Shown here one piece after another: positions 12,963 through 22,140 of a stretch of DNA of 32,000 bases (positions are counted from its first letter, which is position 1; the number at the start of each line of letters is the position of its first letter). The stretch comes from Anaeromicropila herbilytica (GTDB lineage: Bacteria; Bacillota; Clostridia; Lachnospirales; Lachnospiraceae), in contig NZ_AP024169.1 in assembly GCF_016591975.1 (NCBI RefSeq), positions 3,777,295 to 3,809,294 of the forward strand, written 5' to 3'. Under the pieces are notes generated by a model. That model searched no databases. It saw nothing but the letters and a program-made list of their open reading frames with translations, and was not told where the DNA came from. Both the position numbers and the translations under genes were made by a program.

Positions 12963-15593
12963 TTATTTTGATGCTTTTCTTTGAAAGAACTTAACAATCT
13001 CAACGATTGGAATTACTGCTATTGCAAGTCCCATTGCTACTGCATATTCCGTTAAGGAGATATGTTCAAATTTAAATATCTTAGCTAAGAATGGAATATA
13101 AATAACAGTTGTTGTTAAGATTAATGATAAAATCATAGCTCCAAATAAGTACCAATTATGAGTCTTTAATTTGAAGATGGAGCCTCTTTGTGAACGCATA
13201 TTATAAGAATGGAAGATCTCAGCCATTGACATAGTTAAGAATGCCATAGTCATACCATCTTGGCTATTTGTGATTTCCCATACTCCATTTTCCATATAAT
13301 GTCCAATAAAGTAAGCTGCTAATGTAAGTACTGTTACCATAATACCTTGGTATATACAATCGATTCCTAGACCGCCTGCGAAAATACCCTCTTCTGGTTT
13401 ACGAGGTTTACGGTTCATAATGTCATCTTCGCCTTCCTCCATACCAAGTGCTAAAGCTGGGAAAGCATCTGTAATTAAGTTAATCCACAGAATATGTGCT
13501 GGATTAAGAATAGTAAAACCAAGGATTGTTGCTGTAAAAATACTTAAAACTTCACTTAAGTTTGAAGATAGTAAGAATTGGATTGCTTTACGAATGTTAT
13601 CGTAAATTTTACGACCTTCTTCTACTGCATTGATAATCGTTGCAAAGTTATCATCTGCCAATACCATATCTGCAACATTCTTCGTAACATCAGTACCTGT
13701 GATACCCATTCCGATACCAATATCTGCACTCTTAATGGATGGAGCATCATTAACACCATCACCAGTCATTGCTGTAATTGCACCTTTTTTCTTCCATGCA
13801 TTTACGATACGTACTTTATGTTCTGGTTGAACTCTTGCATATACAGAATATTTATCAATTGTATTATTTAATTCTTCATCACTGATGTCATCTAACATTG
13901 CTCCTGTAATTGCTTGACTAGCATCTGTAATAATTCCAAGTTCCATTGCAATTGCGATTGCTGTATCTCTATGATCACCAGTTATCATGATTGGTCTAAT
14001 ACCAGCGCTCTTACACTCTTTAATTGCATCAACAACTTCTGGACGAACTGGGTCAATCATACCAGTTAATCCGATAAATGTAAGATCTTTTTCAACAGTA
14101 TCAGGATTTACTGTCTCAGGTACTGTATTATACTTAGTATATGCTGCACCTAATACACGTAACGCTTTATCAGCAAATTTCTTGTTCTCAGTTAAGATTT
14201 CTTTACGAATTTCATCTGTCATTGGAACTTCTTGTCCATCTTTTAAATATTTAGAACAAGCTTTTAATACTTCATCTGGAGCACCTTTTGTATATTGAAC
14301 GAATCCATTTCCTTCTTCATGAATCGTTGACATCATTTTACGATTCGAATCAAATGGTACTTCATTTATTCTAGGTTTTTCTGTCTTTAATGTCTTTTTG
14401 CTTAAACCAAGTTTTGTTGCGTAATTAACTAATGCACATTCAGTTGGTTCACCAACTGCATTACCATTTTCATCTGGTTCAGCATCACTACATAGTGACA
14501 TTGAAGTTGCTAATAATTTTTCATCAGTAGTATATTGACCAACTACGGTCATAACATTTTGAGTTAAAGTACCAGTTTTGTCAGAACAAATAACTTGAGT
14601 ACATCCTAAAGTTTCAACTGCAGTTAACTGTCTAATTACTGCATTGTGTTTTGACATCTTAGTAACACCTATGGATAGAACGATTGTTACAACTGCTGCT
14701 AATCCTTCTGGAATTGCAGCTACTGCAAGACTTACTGCTAACATAAATGTATTAAGGATAGTTTCACCACTCATATTACCTTCGCGAATTAATCCAATTG
14801 CAAAGATAAATACACAGATTCCCATTACGATTATTGTTAATGATTTACTTAATTGTGCTAACTTTAATTGTAATGGTGTTTGTCTTTCTTCTGCTTGAGT
14901 AATTGCATGTGCAATTTTACCCATTTCAGTATTCATACCGGTTCCAGTTACAACAGCCTTACCTCTACCATATACAACAACACTTCCCATGTATACCATA
15001 TTCTTACGATCTCCAAGAGATACATCTTTTTGATCACCAAGAGATAACTTATCTACAATCTTATCAACAGGAACTGATTCTCCTGTTAGTGCTGCCTCTT
15101 CAATCTTCATACTAGCGCTTTCAATGATTCTAGCATCTGCTGGAACTGCATCCCCAGCTTCTAATAGAATAACATCTCCAACTACTAGATCTTCACTTTT
15201 AATTTGTTGCATCTTACCGTCTCTTAGGACCTTAGACGTTGCTGCTGCCATCTCCTTAAGGGCTTCAATGGCTTTTTCGGCCTTGCTTTCTTGAAGTACT
15301 CCTAATACAGAATTAAGTACTACAACAAATAGAATAACAAATACATCTGCAAAAGATTCACCAGCATACAAAGATGTTACTAATGAAATACCCGCTGCTA
15401 CGATTAAAACGATAATCATTGGGTCTAATAATTGACTGATAAAACGTTCTAGAAGAGTAGTTTTCTTACCTTCTGCAAGCTTATTCTTACCATCTCTTTC
15501 TAAACGGCTGCTTGCTTCCTTCGATTTCAAACCTTCTTCTGAAGTCTTTAATTCATCTAGTACATCTTTGGTACTATCTAGATAAAATTTCAT
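12963..15593 (-). CDS. P-type cation-transporting ATPase (P2-type, Ca2+/Mn2+ exporter family)
   Basis: 876 aa. It has an N-terminal Cation_ATPase_N-like 'GLKSKEASSRLERDGKNKL', 'TGES', the phosphorylation motif 'CSDKTGTLT', 'MITGDH', 'TGDGVNDAP' and about 10 TM segments. Confidence 0.9.
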   Translation of the reverse strand: MKFYLDSTKDVLDELKTSEEGLKSKEASSRLERDGKNKLAEGKKTTLLERFISQLLDPMIIVLIVAAGISLVTSLYAGESFADVFVILFVVVLNSVLGVLQESKAEKAIEALKEMAAATSKVLRDGKMQQIKSEDLVVGDVILLEAGDAVPADARIIESASMKIEEAALTGESVPVDKIVDKLSLGDQKDVSLGDRKNMVYMGSVVVYGRGKAVVTGTGMNTEMGKIAHAITQAEERQTPLQLKLAQLSKSLTIIVMGICVFIFAIGLIREGNMSGETILNTFMLAVSLAVAAIPEGLAAVVTIVLSIGVTKMSKHNAVIRQLTAVETLGCTQVICSDKTGTLTQNVMTVVGQYTTDEKLLATSMSLCSDAEPDENGNAVGEPTECALVNYATKLGLSKKTLKTEKPRINEVPFDSNRKMMSTIHEEGNGFVQYTKGAPDEVLKACSKYLKDGQEVPMTDEIRKEILTENKKFADKALRVLGAAYTKYNTVPETVNPDTVEKDLTFIGLTGMIDPVRPEVVDAIKECKSAGIRPIMITGDHRDTAIAIAMELGIITDASQAITGAMLDDISDEELNNTIDKYSVYARVQPEHKVRIVNAWKKKGAITAMTGDGVNDAPSIKSADIGIGMGITGTDVTKNVADMVLADDNFATIINAVEEGRKIYDNIRKAIQFLLSSNLSEVLSIFTATILGFTILNPAHILWINLITDAFPALALGMEEGEDDIMNRKPRKPEEGIFAGGLGIDCIYQGIMVTVLTLAAYFIGHYMENGVWEITNSQDGMTMAFLTMSMAEIFHSYNMRSQRGSIFKLKTHNWYLFGAMILSLILTTTVIYIPFLAKIFKFEHISLTEYAVAMGLAIAVIPIVEIVKFFQRKASK

Positions 15594-15623
15594 AATACAC
15601 TTCCTCTCTTAATAAATATCTAT

Positions 15624-15746
15624 AAAAAAAGACCTATGTATAGCATTATAGCTATACATAGGTCTGGTTTTTTAATTCAAGCCAGGCTTCTTACCACCAT
15701 GATTGTTGACTTGACACGTTCTTGGGACGCTAACTACTCCCCTATG
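15624..15746 (-). promoter_or_regulatory. Candidate yybP-ykoY (Mn2+) riboswitch with overlapping terminator
   Basis: All on the minus strand. 'CAUAGG|GGAGUAG' (15746..15734) matches the hallmark GGGGAGUAG. A 'GUGUCAAGUCAACAAUC' segment follows. The 3' 'AGA|CCUAUG' (15662..15657) is exactly complementary to 'CAUAGG' and would form P1. The same CCUAUG is also the 5' arm of the terminator 'GACCUAUGUAUAGC-UAUAAU-GCUAUACAUAGGUC' plus U7 (15664..15624). I could not map the internal helices convincingly by hand. Confidence 0.45.
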
Positions 15747-15755
15747 GATAGTCGA

Positions 15756-15784
15756 ATTTTATCATATATTTTGTTATAAGTCAA
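15756..15784 (-). promoter_or_regulatory. Putative sigma-A promoter for the riboswitch/ATPase transcript
   Basis: Minus strand: TTGACT (15784..15779), 17-nt spacer, TAAAAT (15761..15756) preceded by TGA (extended -10). Confidence 0.55.
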
Positions 15785-16000
15785 TTCATTTTGTGAAAAA
15801 TAGATATCACTTATAAGTATTTCCACTTTTTATTAGTTCTATTTACTGATTATTAATATAATACAGTCTTTTGGTAGAGAAAATTGTATTTTCTCTATTT
15901 TATATTATTTTTCTTTATATTTTTCCACTTTTTTATTTACATTTCATAACACTTTCAACTTTTTTCGTCATATTTCATGTGCATTTTAACCATAATTTTC

Positions 16001-16029
16001 TTTACGGATAATTTCCTTAATGGTATAAT
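16001..16029 (+). promoter_or_regulatory. Putative sigma-A promoter for hydCBA
   Basis: 'tttacg' (16001-16006), 17-nt spacer, then the extended -10 'tggtataat' (16021-16029). It lies about 80 nt upstream of the hydC ATG. Confidence 0.45.
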
Positions 16030-16107
16030 ATTATCAATGCAATAATTTTACATTATTATTCTAACTTTGTTACATCAACTTATACAATTGAAACTGGAGG
16101 AACAACT

Positions 16108-16653
16108 ATGGAAATAACTCATGATTTCACTAAAGTTGATGAGATTTTAACATCATATGGTATGCAGCAAGCCTATCTCATCGCAATAATGCAAGATATT
16201 CAGACAGAATATCACTATCTTCCAAAAGAGATTTTGGAATACATCTCTGAAAAATTAGAATTAAGCATTGCAAAGGTATATAGTGTTGCCACTTTCTATG
16301 AAAATTTTTCTCTTGAACCAAAAGGGAAATACATTCTCCGTATTTGTGACGGAACAGCTTGTCACGTCAGAAAATCAATTCCAATTCTAGAACGATTAAG
16401 AAAAGAACTGAATCTTAGTGCACATAAAACAACTACAGATGATATGCTTTTCACCCTAGAAACCGTATCTTGCCTCGGGGCTTGTGGTCTTGCGCCCGTA
16501 ATGACACTCAATGATACGGTTCATCCTGCAATGACACCAGATAAAGCTATGGAACTATTAACTAGTATACGAGAAAACGATTCTGTAGATTCGTTAGAAA
16601 CTGCTTCTAGTTCCAATGATATGAAGGAAACAGGAGGGAAAAATAATGAATAG
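16108..16653 (+). CDS. hydC: NuoE-like [2Fe-2S] subunit of a bifurcating-type [FeFe] hydrogenase (HydC)
   Basis: NuoE/thioredoxin-like ferredoxin pattern 'ICDGTACHV...VSCLGACGLAPV'. RBS 'ctggagg'. Its end overlaps hydB by 8 nt. Confidence 0.85.
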   Translation: MEITHDFTKVDEILTSYGMQQAYLIAIMQDIQTEYHYLPKEILEYISEKLELSIAKVYSVATFYENFSLEPKGKYILRICDGTACHVRKSIPILERLRKELNLSAHKTTTDDMLFTLETVSCLGACGLAPVMTLNDTVHPAMTPDKAMELLTSIRENDSVDSLETASSSNDMKETGGKNNE

Positions 16654-18526
16654 ACTAAACAATCTAGAAGAATTAGATACTCTTCGTTCTTTCGCTAAAA
16701 GATCACTCGATGAACAAAAAATAAAGGTTTTAGTTTGTTGTGGTACTGGCTGCGTCGCAGGTGGCTCTCTCCTAATCTACGATAGAATAAAAGAATTATG
16801 CGAAGAGAAGGGCCTAGATGTATGTGTCTCCTTGCAAGAGGAACCACATGGTGACAACATAGGTCTTAAGAAAAGTGGATGTCATGGATTCTGCGAAATG
16901 GGCCCACTCTTAAAAATAGAACCACTAGGAATCCTTTACATAAAGGTAAAGCTTGAAGATTGTAAAGAAATTGTTGAAAGTACCATTATGAATAACGAGA
17001 TTATCGATCGACTTCTTTATAAGATTAACGATGTTACCTATCGTAAGCAAGAAGATATTCCTTTCTATAAAAAGCAGACTCGTCTAGTTCTTGAGAATTG
17101 TGGTAGTAGTGATGCTCTTGATATTCTTGAATATCTTGCTAAGGATGGCTACGAAGCCTTTACCAAAGCCTTATTTACAATGACAAGTAAGGACATCTGC
17201 AAACAAATCAGTGAATCTAATCTACGTGGCCGTGGGGGCGGTGGCTTTCCAACTGGGCGAAAATGGGAACAGGTATTAAGACAAACAGAGCCAGTAAAAT
17301 ATATTGTATGTAATGGTGATGAAGGTGACCCAGGTGCCTTTATGGACCGAAGTATCATGGAGGGCGACCCTCATAAAATGCTTGAAGGAATGATGATTGC
17401 TGGACTAGCTACTGGATCTAATACAGGATATATCTATGTGCGTGCAGAATATCCTCTTGCAGTAAGTAGATTAATGGCTGCCATAAAAAGTGCAAAAGAA
17501 CTAGGATTATTAGGTGAACATATTCTAGGTTCTGACTTCAATTTTGATATACATATCAACCGTGGCGCTGGTGCCTTTGTATGTGGGGAAGGTAGTGCTT
17601 TAACTGCTTCCATCGAAGGAAAAAGAGGTATGCCTCGTGTCAAACCTCCAAGAACCGTGGAACAAGGTCTATTTGGTAAGCCTACAGTATTAAATAACGT
17701 TGAAACATATGCTAATGTTCCATTGATTATTACAAAAGGTGCCGACTGGTACAAATCCATAGGACCTGAAAATAGTCCCGGAACTAAGGCATTTGCCCTA
17801 ACAGGTAATGTTAACAATACTGGATTAATTGAAGTTCCAATGGGAACCACTCTTAGAGAGATAATCTTTGATATCGGCGGTGGGGTTAAGAATGACAAGG
17901 AATTCAAAGCTGTTCAGATTGGAGGACCTTCTGGCGGATGTCTAACCAAAGAACATCTTGATCTCTCCCTTGACTTTGATAGTCTTAAGAAGGTAGGCGC
18001 AATGATTGGATCTGGTGGTCTCGTTGTAATGGATGAAAACACATGTATGGTGGAAGTATCCCGTTTCTTTATGAACTTTACTCAAAATGAATCCTGTGGT
18101 AAATGTGTTCCATGTCGTGAAGGAACAAAGAGAATGCTTGAGATTCTTGAGAGAATTGTTCATGGTGATGGTACAATTGATGATCTTGATCTCTTAGAAG
18201 AGCTCGGAGATACCATATCCAAAACCGCTCTATGTGGCTTAGGTAAAACTGCTGCATCACCAGTTCAAAGTACCTTAAAGTATTTCAAAGACGAATATAT
18301 TGCTCATGTTGTAGATAAAAAATGTCCATCTGGCGATTGCCAAGCTTTAAAGAAAATTGTTATTCAAAAAGATCAGTGTAAAGGCTGTAGTAAATGTGCA
18401 AGAACTTGCCCTGTTGGTGCAATTTCTGGAAAAGTGAAAGAACCTTTTGAAATTAATTCATCAAAATGCATTAAATGTGGTGCATGTATTACTGCCTGCC
18501 CATTTAAAGCAATTAAGGAGGCATAA
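16646..18526 (+). CDS. hydB: NuoF-like NAD(H)/FMN-binding flavoprotein subunit (HydB) with N-terminal 2Fe-2S domain and C-terminal 2x[4Fe-4S] ferredoxin domain
   Basis: 'VLVCCGTGCVAGG...GCHGFCEMGP'. NuoF motifs 'GRGGGGFPTGRKW', 'CNGDEGDPGAFMDR', 'CGKCVPCREG'. C-terminus 'CKGCSKCARTCP...CIKCGACITACP'. Confidence 0.9.
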   Translation: MNRLNNLEELDTLRSFAKRSLDEQKIKVLVCCGTGCVAGGSLLIYDRIKELCEEKGLDVCVSLQEEPHGDNIGLKKSGCHGFCEMGPLLKIEPLGILYIKVKLEDCKEIVESTIMNNEIIDRLLYKINDVTYRKQEDIPFYKKQTRLVLENCGSSDALDILEYLAKDGYEAFTKALFTMTSKDICKQISESNLRGRGGGGFPTGRKWEQVLRQTEPVKYIVCNGDEGDPGAFMDRSIMEGDPHKMLEGMMIAGLATGSNTGYIYVRAEYPLAVSRLMAAIKSAKELGLLGEHILGSDFNFDIHINRGAGAFVCGEGSALTASIEGKRGMPRVKPPRTVEQGLFGKPTVLNNVETYANVPLIITKGADWYKSIGPENSPGTKAFALTGNVNNTGLIEVPMGTTLREIIFDIGGGVKNDKEFKAVQIGGPSGGCLTKEHLDLSLDFDSLKKVGAMIGSGGLVVMDENTCMVEVSRFFMNFTQNESCGKCVPCREGTKRMLEILERIVHGDGTIDDLDLLEELGDTISKTALCGLGKTAASPVQSTLKYFKDEYIAHVVDKKCPSGDCQALKKIVIQKDQCKGCSKCARTCPVGAISGKVKEPFEINSSKCIKCGACITACPFKAIKEA

Positions 18527-18528
18527 TC

Positions 18529-20226
18529 ATGAGCAAAGGAATCATGTATATTGATGATATGAGAGTACCTTTTGATGGAGAAAAAAATGTACTTTCAGTA
18601 ATAAGAAAAGCAGGAATCGATATTCCGACTTTCTGCTACTACTCCGAACTTTCTGTATACGGTGCTTGCAGAATGTGTGTAGTAGAAAACGAATGGGGCT
18701 CTATTGAAGCATCTTGTTCTATGATACCAAAAGATGGAATGAAGATTAGAACAAATACCGCCAAATTACAGAAACATCGCAAGATGATATTAGAGCTACT
18801 CCTCTCCTCCCATTGCAGAGATTGTACAACTTGTGAGAAAAATGGTAAATGTAAGCTCCAAGAATTAGCTCTTCGCTTAGGAATCAATCGTGTTCGTTTT
18901 CAAGATACCAGGGAGACGATTGAGTTAGATACCTCTAGTCCTGCAATCGTTCGAAATAATAATAAATGCATCCTATGTGGAGATTGTGTTCGCGTATGTG
19001 ACGAGATTCAAGGAATGGGTATTCTAGATTTTGTACATCGTGGTTCTAACCTTCAAGTGATGCCAGCTTTTAATCGAAAATTAAGTGAAACCAAATGCAT
19101 TAACTGTGGGCAATGCGCTGCTGTTTGCCCAACAGGTGCTATTACCATAAAACAAGATATTGACCGTGTATGGGATGCAATTTTTGATCCTACCAAACAC
19201 GTTGTTGTACAAATAGCTCCAGCTGTTCGGGTTGCTATCGGAGAAGAATTCGGCTTAAAGGCAGGTGATAATGTAATTGGCAAATTAGTTACTGCATTAA
19301 AACGAATTGGATTTGACGAGGTATTTGATACTACCTTAGGCGCTGACTTAACCGTTATGGAAGAAGCGAATGAATTCTTAGAACGTTTTGAAAAAAGTGA
19401 AAACCTTCCACTTTTCACTTCGTGCTGTCCTGCTTGGGTTCGCTATGTGGAAATGAATAAGCCAGAATTATTACCTCATATCTCTTCTTGTAAATCTCCA
19501 ATGGAGATGTTCGCGGCCGTATTAAAAGAACATTATAAATCCATACAAGATACGCTTAAGAAGGAGGCTATTGTTGTTGCTATCATGCCTTGTACTGCTA
19601 AGAAATATGAAGCAGCAAGAGAAGAATTCTTACGCGATAATGTACCTGATGTTGATTATGTCATCACAACTCAAGAACTTAGTACTATGATAAAGCAAAG
19701 TGGCTTAATCTTTAGAGAACTTGAGAATAATGCAACAGACATGCCATTCGGTATGGGAAGTGGTGCAGGTGTCATCTTCGGAGCAACGGGCGGAGTTGCC
19801 GAGGCAGTTATTCGAAGATGCTATTCAAAGAAGACCTCTGCTACACTTAAGGACCTAGAATTCTGCGGTGTTCGTGGAATGTCTGCCTTGAAAGAAGCTA
19901 CAGTTCTGATTAATAATCATGAAATAAAAATAGCAGTTGTACATGGACTACATAATGCTCAGTTATTGTTAGAAGAAATAGAAAGTGGTAATGTTCAATA
20001 TGATTTAGTTGAAGTGATGGCATGCCCAGGTGGTTGCATTGGTGGTGCTGGTCAACCTTTTGGACTTGCGAATAAAAAAGTTAAGAGAGCGGATGGCCTA
20101 TACAGTGCAGATCGTCTATCTCAAGTAAAGAGTTCCGAAGAAAATCCTATGGTACTCTCTTTATATGATGGATTACTAAAAGATAAAGCCCATTCCTTAC
20201 TTCATGTGAACTACACTGATAGATAA
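18529..20226 (+). CDS. hydA: [FeFe]-hydrogenase catalytic subunit (HydA), NuoG-like N-terminus
   Basis: N-terminal 2Fe-2S 'CYYSELSVYGACRMC', then 'CILCGDCVRVC' and 'CINCGQCAAVCP'. H-cluster motifs 'TSCCPAW', 'MPCTAKKYE', 'EVMACPGGCIGG'. Confidence 0.92.
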   Translation: MSKGIMYIDDMRVPFDGEKNVLSVIRKAGIDIPTFCYYSELSVYGACRMCVVENEWGSIEASCSMIPKDGMKIRTNTAKLQKHRKMILELLLSSHCRDCTTCEKNGKCKLQELALRLGINRVRFQDTRETIELDTSSPAIVRNNNKCILCGDCVRVCDEIQGMGILDFVHRGSNLQVMPAFNRKLSETKCINCGQCAAVCPTGAITIKQDIDRVWDAIFDPTKHVVVQIAPAVRVAIGEEFGLKAGDNVIGKLVTALKRIGFDEVFDTTLGADLTVMEEANEFLERFEKSENLPLFTSCCPAWVRYVEMNKPELLPHISSCKSPMEMFAAVLKEHYKSIQDTLKKEAIVVAIMPCTAKKYEAAREEFLRDNVPDVDYVITTQELSTMIKQSGLIFRELENNATDMPFGMGSGAGVIFGATGGVAEAVIRRCYSKKTSATLKDLEFCGVRGMSALKEATVLINNHEIKIAVVHGLHNAQLLLEEIESGNVQYDLVEVMACPGGCIGGAGQPFGLANKKVKRADGLYSADRLSQVKSSEENPMVLSLYDGLLKDKAHSLLHVNYTDR

Positions 20227-20338
20227 TACTTAATTTATACTAATAGCCTCAAATGTCGCAGTAAAAAAATGAATGTGATAATTAATAACTGCGTGACTGA
20301 CCTTATTAAGCATTATTAAACTTATAATATCTCATAGA

Positions 20339-20399
20339 AAAACCATCATCGATAAAGCAAATAGTTTCCTATTGCAACAAATTCATCGATGATGGTTTT
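20339..20399. terminator. Bidirectional terminator between hydA and the aldo-keto reductase gene
   Basis: 15-bp arms 'aaaaccatcatcgat' / 'atcgatgatggtttt' with an inner sub-stem 'gcaa(a)tag' / 'ctattgc'. Flanks are A-run and T-run. Confidence 0.7.
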
Positions 20400-20482
20400 A
20401 TTATTTTAATATGTTGTATGCTTAAAATCTTCAATTTTAGTAGTAATGCGTTCATGATGATAACTCAAACTTCGCATAAGTT

Positions 20483-21466
20483 TTACTTCAATATTTCTTC
20501 TATTCTTTGCAATTCTTGATCAGTGAAATCTAATTTATTAACAATCTCGACATTAGCTTCAATCTGACTTACTTTACTTGCACCTATTAATGCAGTTGTC
20601 ACACGATTTTTGCGTAGTACCCAAGATAAAGACATTTGCGCTAATGACTGTCCTCTATCTTTTGCAACTTCATTTAACTTTATAACCTTATTAATCTTAT
20701 CCTCTGTAATATCATTTTCATGTAAGAATACACTTTTCGTTGCTCTTGAACCTTCTGGGATTCCTTTGATATATTTATCTGTTAAGATTCCTTGTGCTAA
20801 TGGACAAAATGCGATTGATCCAATTCCTTCTTCTTCTAATACATCTAATAATCCATCCTCTACCCAACGGTTAAACATATTATAATTTGGTTGGTGTATA
20901 ATACAAGGAGTCTTATTTTTTCTTAAGATTGCTGCTGCTTTTTTTGTGTCTTCTGCACTATAATTCGATAATCCTACATACAAGGCTTTTCCTTGTCTTA
21001 CCGCATCAGATAATGCATTCATTGTTTCTTCTAATGGAGTATTAGGGTCTGGTCTATGATGATAGAAAATGTCTACATAATCAAGCCCCATACGCTTTAG
21101 ACTTTGATCTAAACTTGATAATAAATATTTTCTTGATCCCCAATCCCCGTATGGGCCTTCCCACATGGTATATCCTGCTTTTGTAGATATAATTAATTGA
21201 TCTCTATAGCTTTTAAACTCTTCCTTTAATACCTTACCAAAATTCTCTTCTGCAGAACCTGGAACTGGACCATAGTTATTTGCTAAATCAAAATGTGTAA
21301 TTCCTAGATCAAATGCTTTAAACAATAATGCCTTTTGGTTCTCAAATGGATCAACTGAACCAAAATTGTGCCATAAGCCTAGTGCTACCCTAGGTAATTT
21401 TAACCCACTTTTCCCACAATGAATATATTGCATTTGTTCATATCTTTTTTCACTTGCTTGATACAT
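20483..21466 (-). CDS. gpr: Aldo/keto reductase, YghZ/Gpr-like (L-glyceraldehyde-3-phosphate reductase family)
   Basis: N-terminus 'RYEQMQYIHCGKSGLKLPRVALGLWHNFG' closely parallels recalled E. coli YghZ 'RYGQMQYRYCGKSGLRLPALSLGLWHNFG'. AKR motifs 'FDLANNYG', 'DIFYHHRPD' and 'LAQG' are present. Confidence 0.85.
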   Translation of the reverse strand: MYQASEKRYEQMQYIHCGKSGLKLPRVALGLWHNFGSVDPFENQKALLFKAFDLGITHFDLANNYGPVPGSAEENFGKVLKEEFKSYRDQLIISTKAGYTMWEGPYGDWGSRKYLLSSLDQSLKRMGLDYVDIFYHHRPDPNTPLEETMNALSDAVRQGKALYVGLSNYSAEDTKKAAAILRKNKTPCIIHQPNYNMFNRWVEDGLLDVLEEEGIGSIAFCPLAQGILTDKYIKGIPEGSRATKSVFLHENDITEDKINKVIKLNEVAKDRGQSLAQMSLSWVLRKNRVTTALIGASKVSQIEANVEIVNKLDFTDQELQRIEEILK

Positions 21467-21610
21467 TCTTCTCCTCCTATAAATAGCAAAACCACATATT
21501 TATAAAACAATTTCTTTTTACTTTACAACATAGAACTTGGTTGAGTCAAGGTTATATAAGCTTGTCTTTTTGTATTATATTATACATTTATATAATATAA
21601 TAATATACTA

Positions 21611-21637
21611 AAAACCTCGAAATTAATTCGAGGCTTT
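21611..21637 (-). terminator. Terminator downstream of the hemerythrin gene
   Basis: On the minus strand, 'aaagcctcgaa-ttaat-ttcgaggttttt' forms the hairpin, followed by a T-rich run. Confidence 0.7.
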
Positions 21638-21672
21638 ATATAATACTTCATATTTTATTAATTATGTGTATA

Positions 21673-22062
21673 TTACTTTCCAATTAATATATCATTTTCT
21701 AATATATGGTGTCCTAACCAATAATCTAAAAATTCTAGGATTTTAAGTAATGACTCAACTTGATTATTATCAATGTCATCTAAATTAATTTCTTCTAATT
21801 TCTCAATAAATTGATTATGTTCCATCTTCTGTGTAAACATTCTTTTATAACCGATACTCTCCATATAAGCTTCTTCATCAGCAAAATGCTTTTTGGTATA
21901 ATTCCTTAATTCCTCAATGATAGCTACAATATGATCATACTTATCTGCAATAAAATCTTGATTTAATAATTCGTATGCCTCTTTTGCGATACGAAATAAT
22001 TCCCTATGTTGATCATCAACTTCAGTAATTCCTGTTAAATATTCCTCTTTCATTTCAAACAT
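21673..22062 (-). CDS. Bacteriohemerythrin-like metal-binding protein
   Basis: 129 aa. 'TGITEVDDQHRELF', 'HFADEEAYM' and 'WLGHHILENDILIG' match the hemerythrin His/Glu/Asp iron-ligand spacing. Confidence 0.85.
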   Translation of the reverse strand: MFEMKEEYLTGITEVDDQHRELFRIAKEAYELLNQDFIADKYDHIVAIIEELRNYTKKHFADEEAYMESIGYKRMFTQKMEHNQFIEKLEEINLDDIDNNQVESLLKILEFLDYWLGHHILENDILIGK

Positions 22063-22140
22063 GTAATTATCCTCCGTATAATTTTATTATCTCATTTTAT
22101 GTATTTATATTAATTTTTATTTAATATAGATTTTAAATAT

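Noticed and set aside
15791-15810. Possible Rex or CRP-like site 'ttgtgaaaaatagatatcac' between the ATPase promoter and the hyd operon.
   Set aside because: Only one half-site (TTGTGAA) matches the Rex consensus TTGTGAA-N6-TTCACAA. The second half and the spacing do not fit.
21573-21602. Perfect 12-bp AT-only inverted repeat 'tattatattata'-N6-'tataatataata' upstream of the aldo-keto reductase gene.
   Set aside because: It is pure A/T low-complexity sequence in an AT-rich intergenic region. I cannot distinguish an operator from chance or promoter-like sequence.
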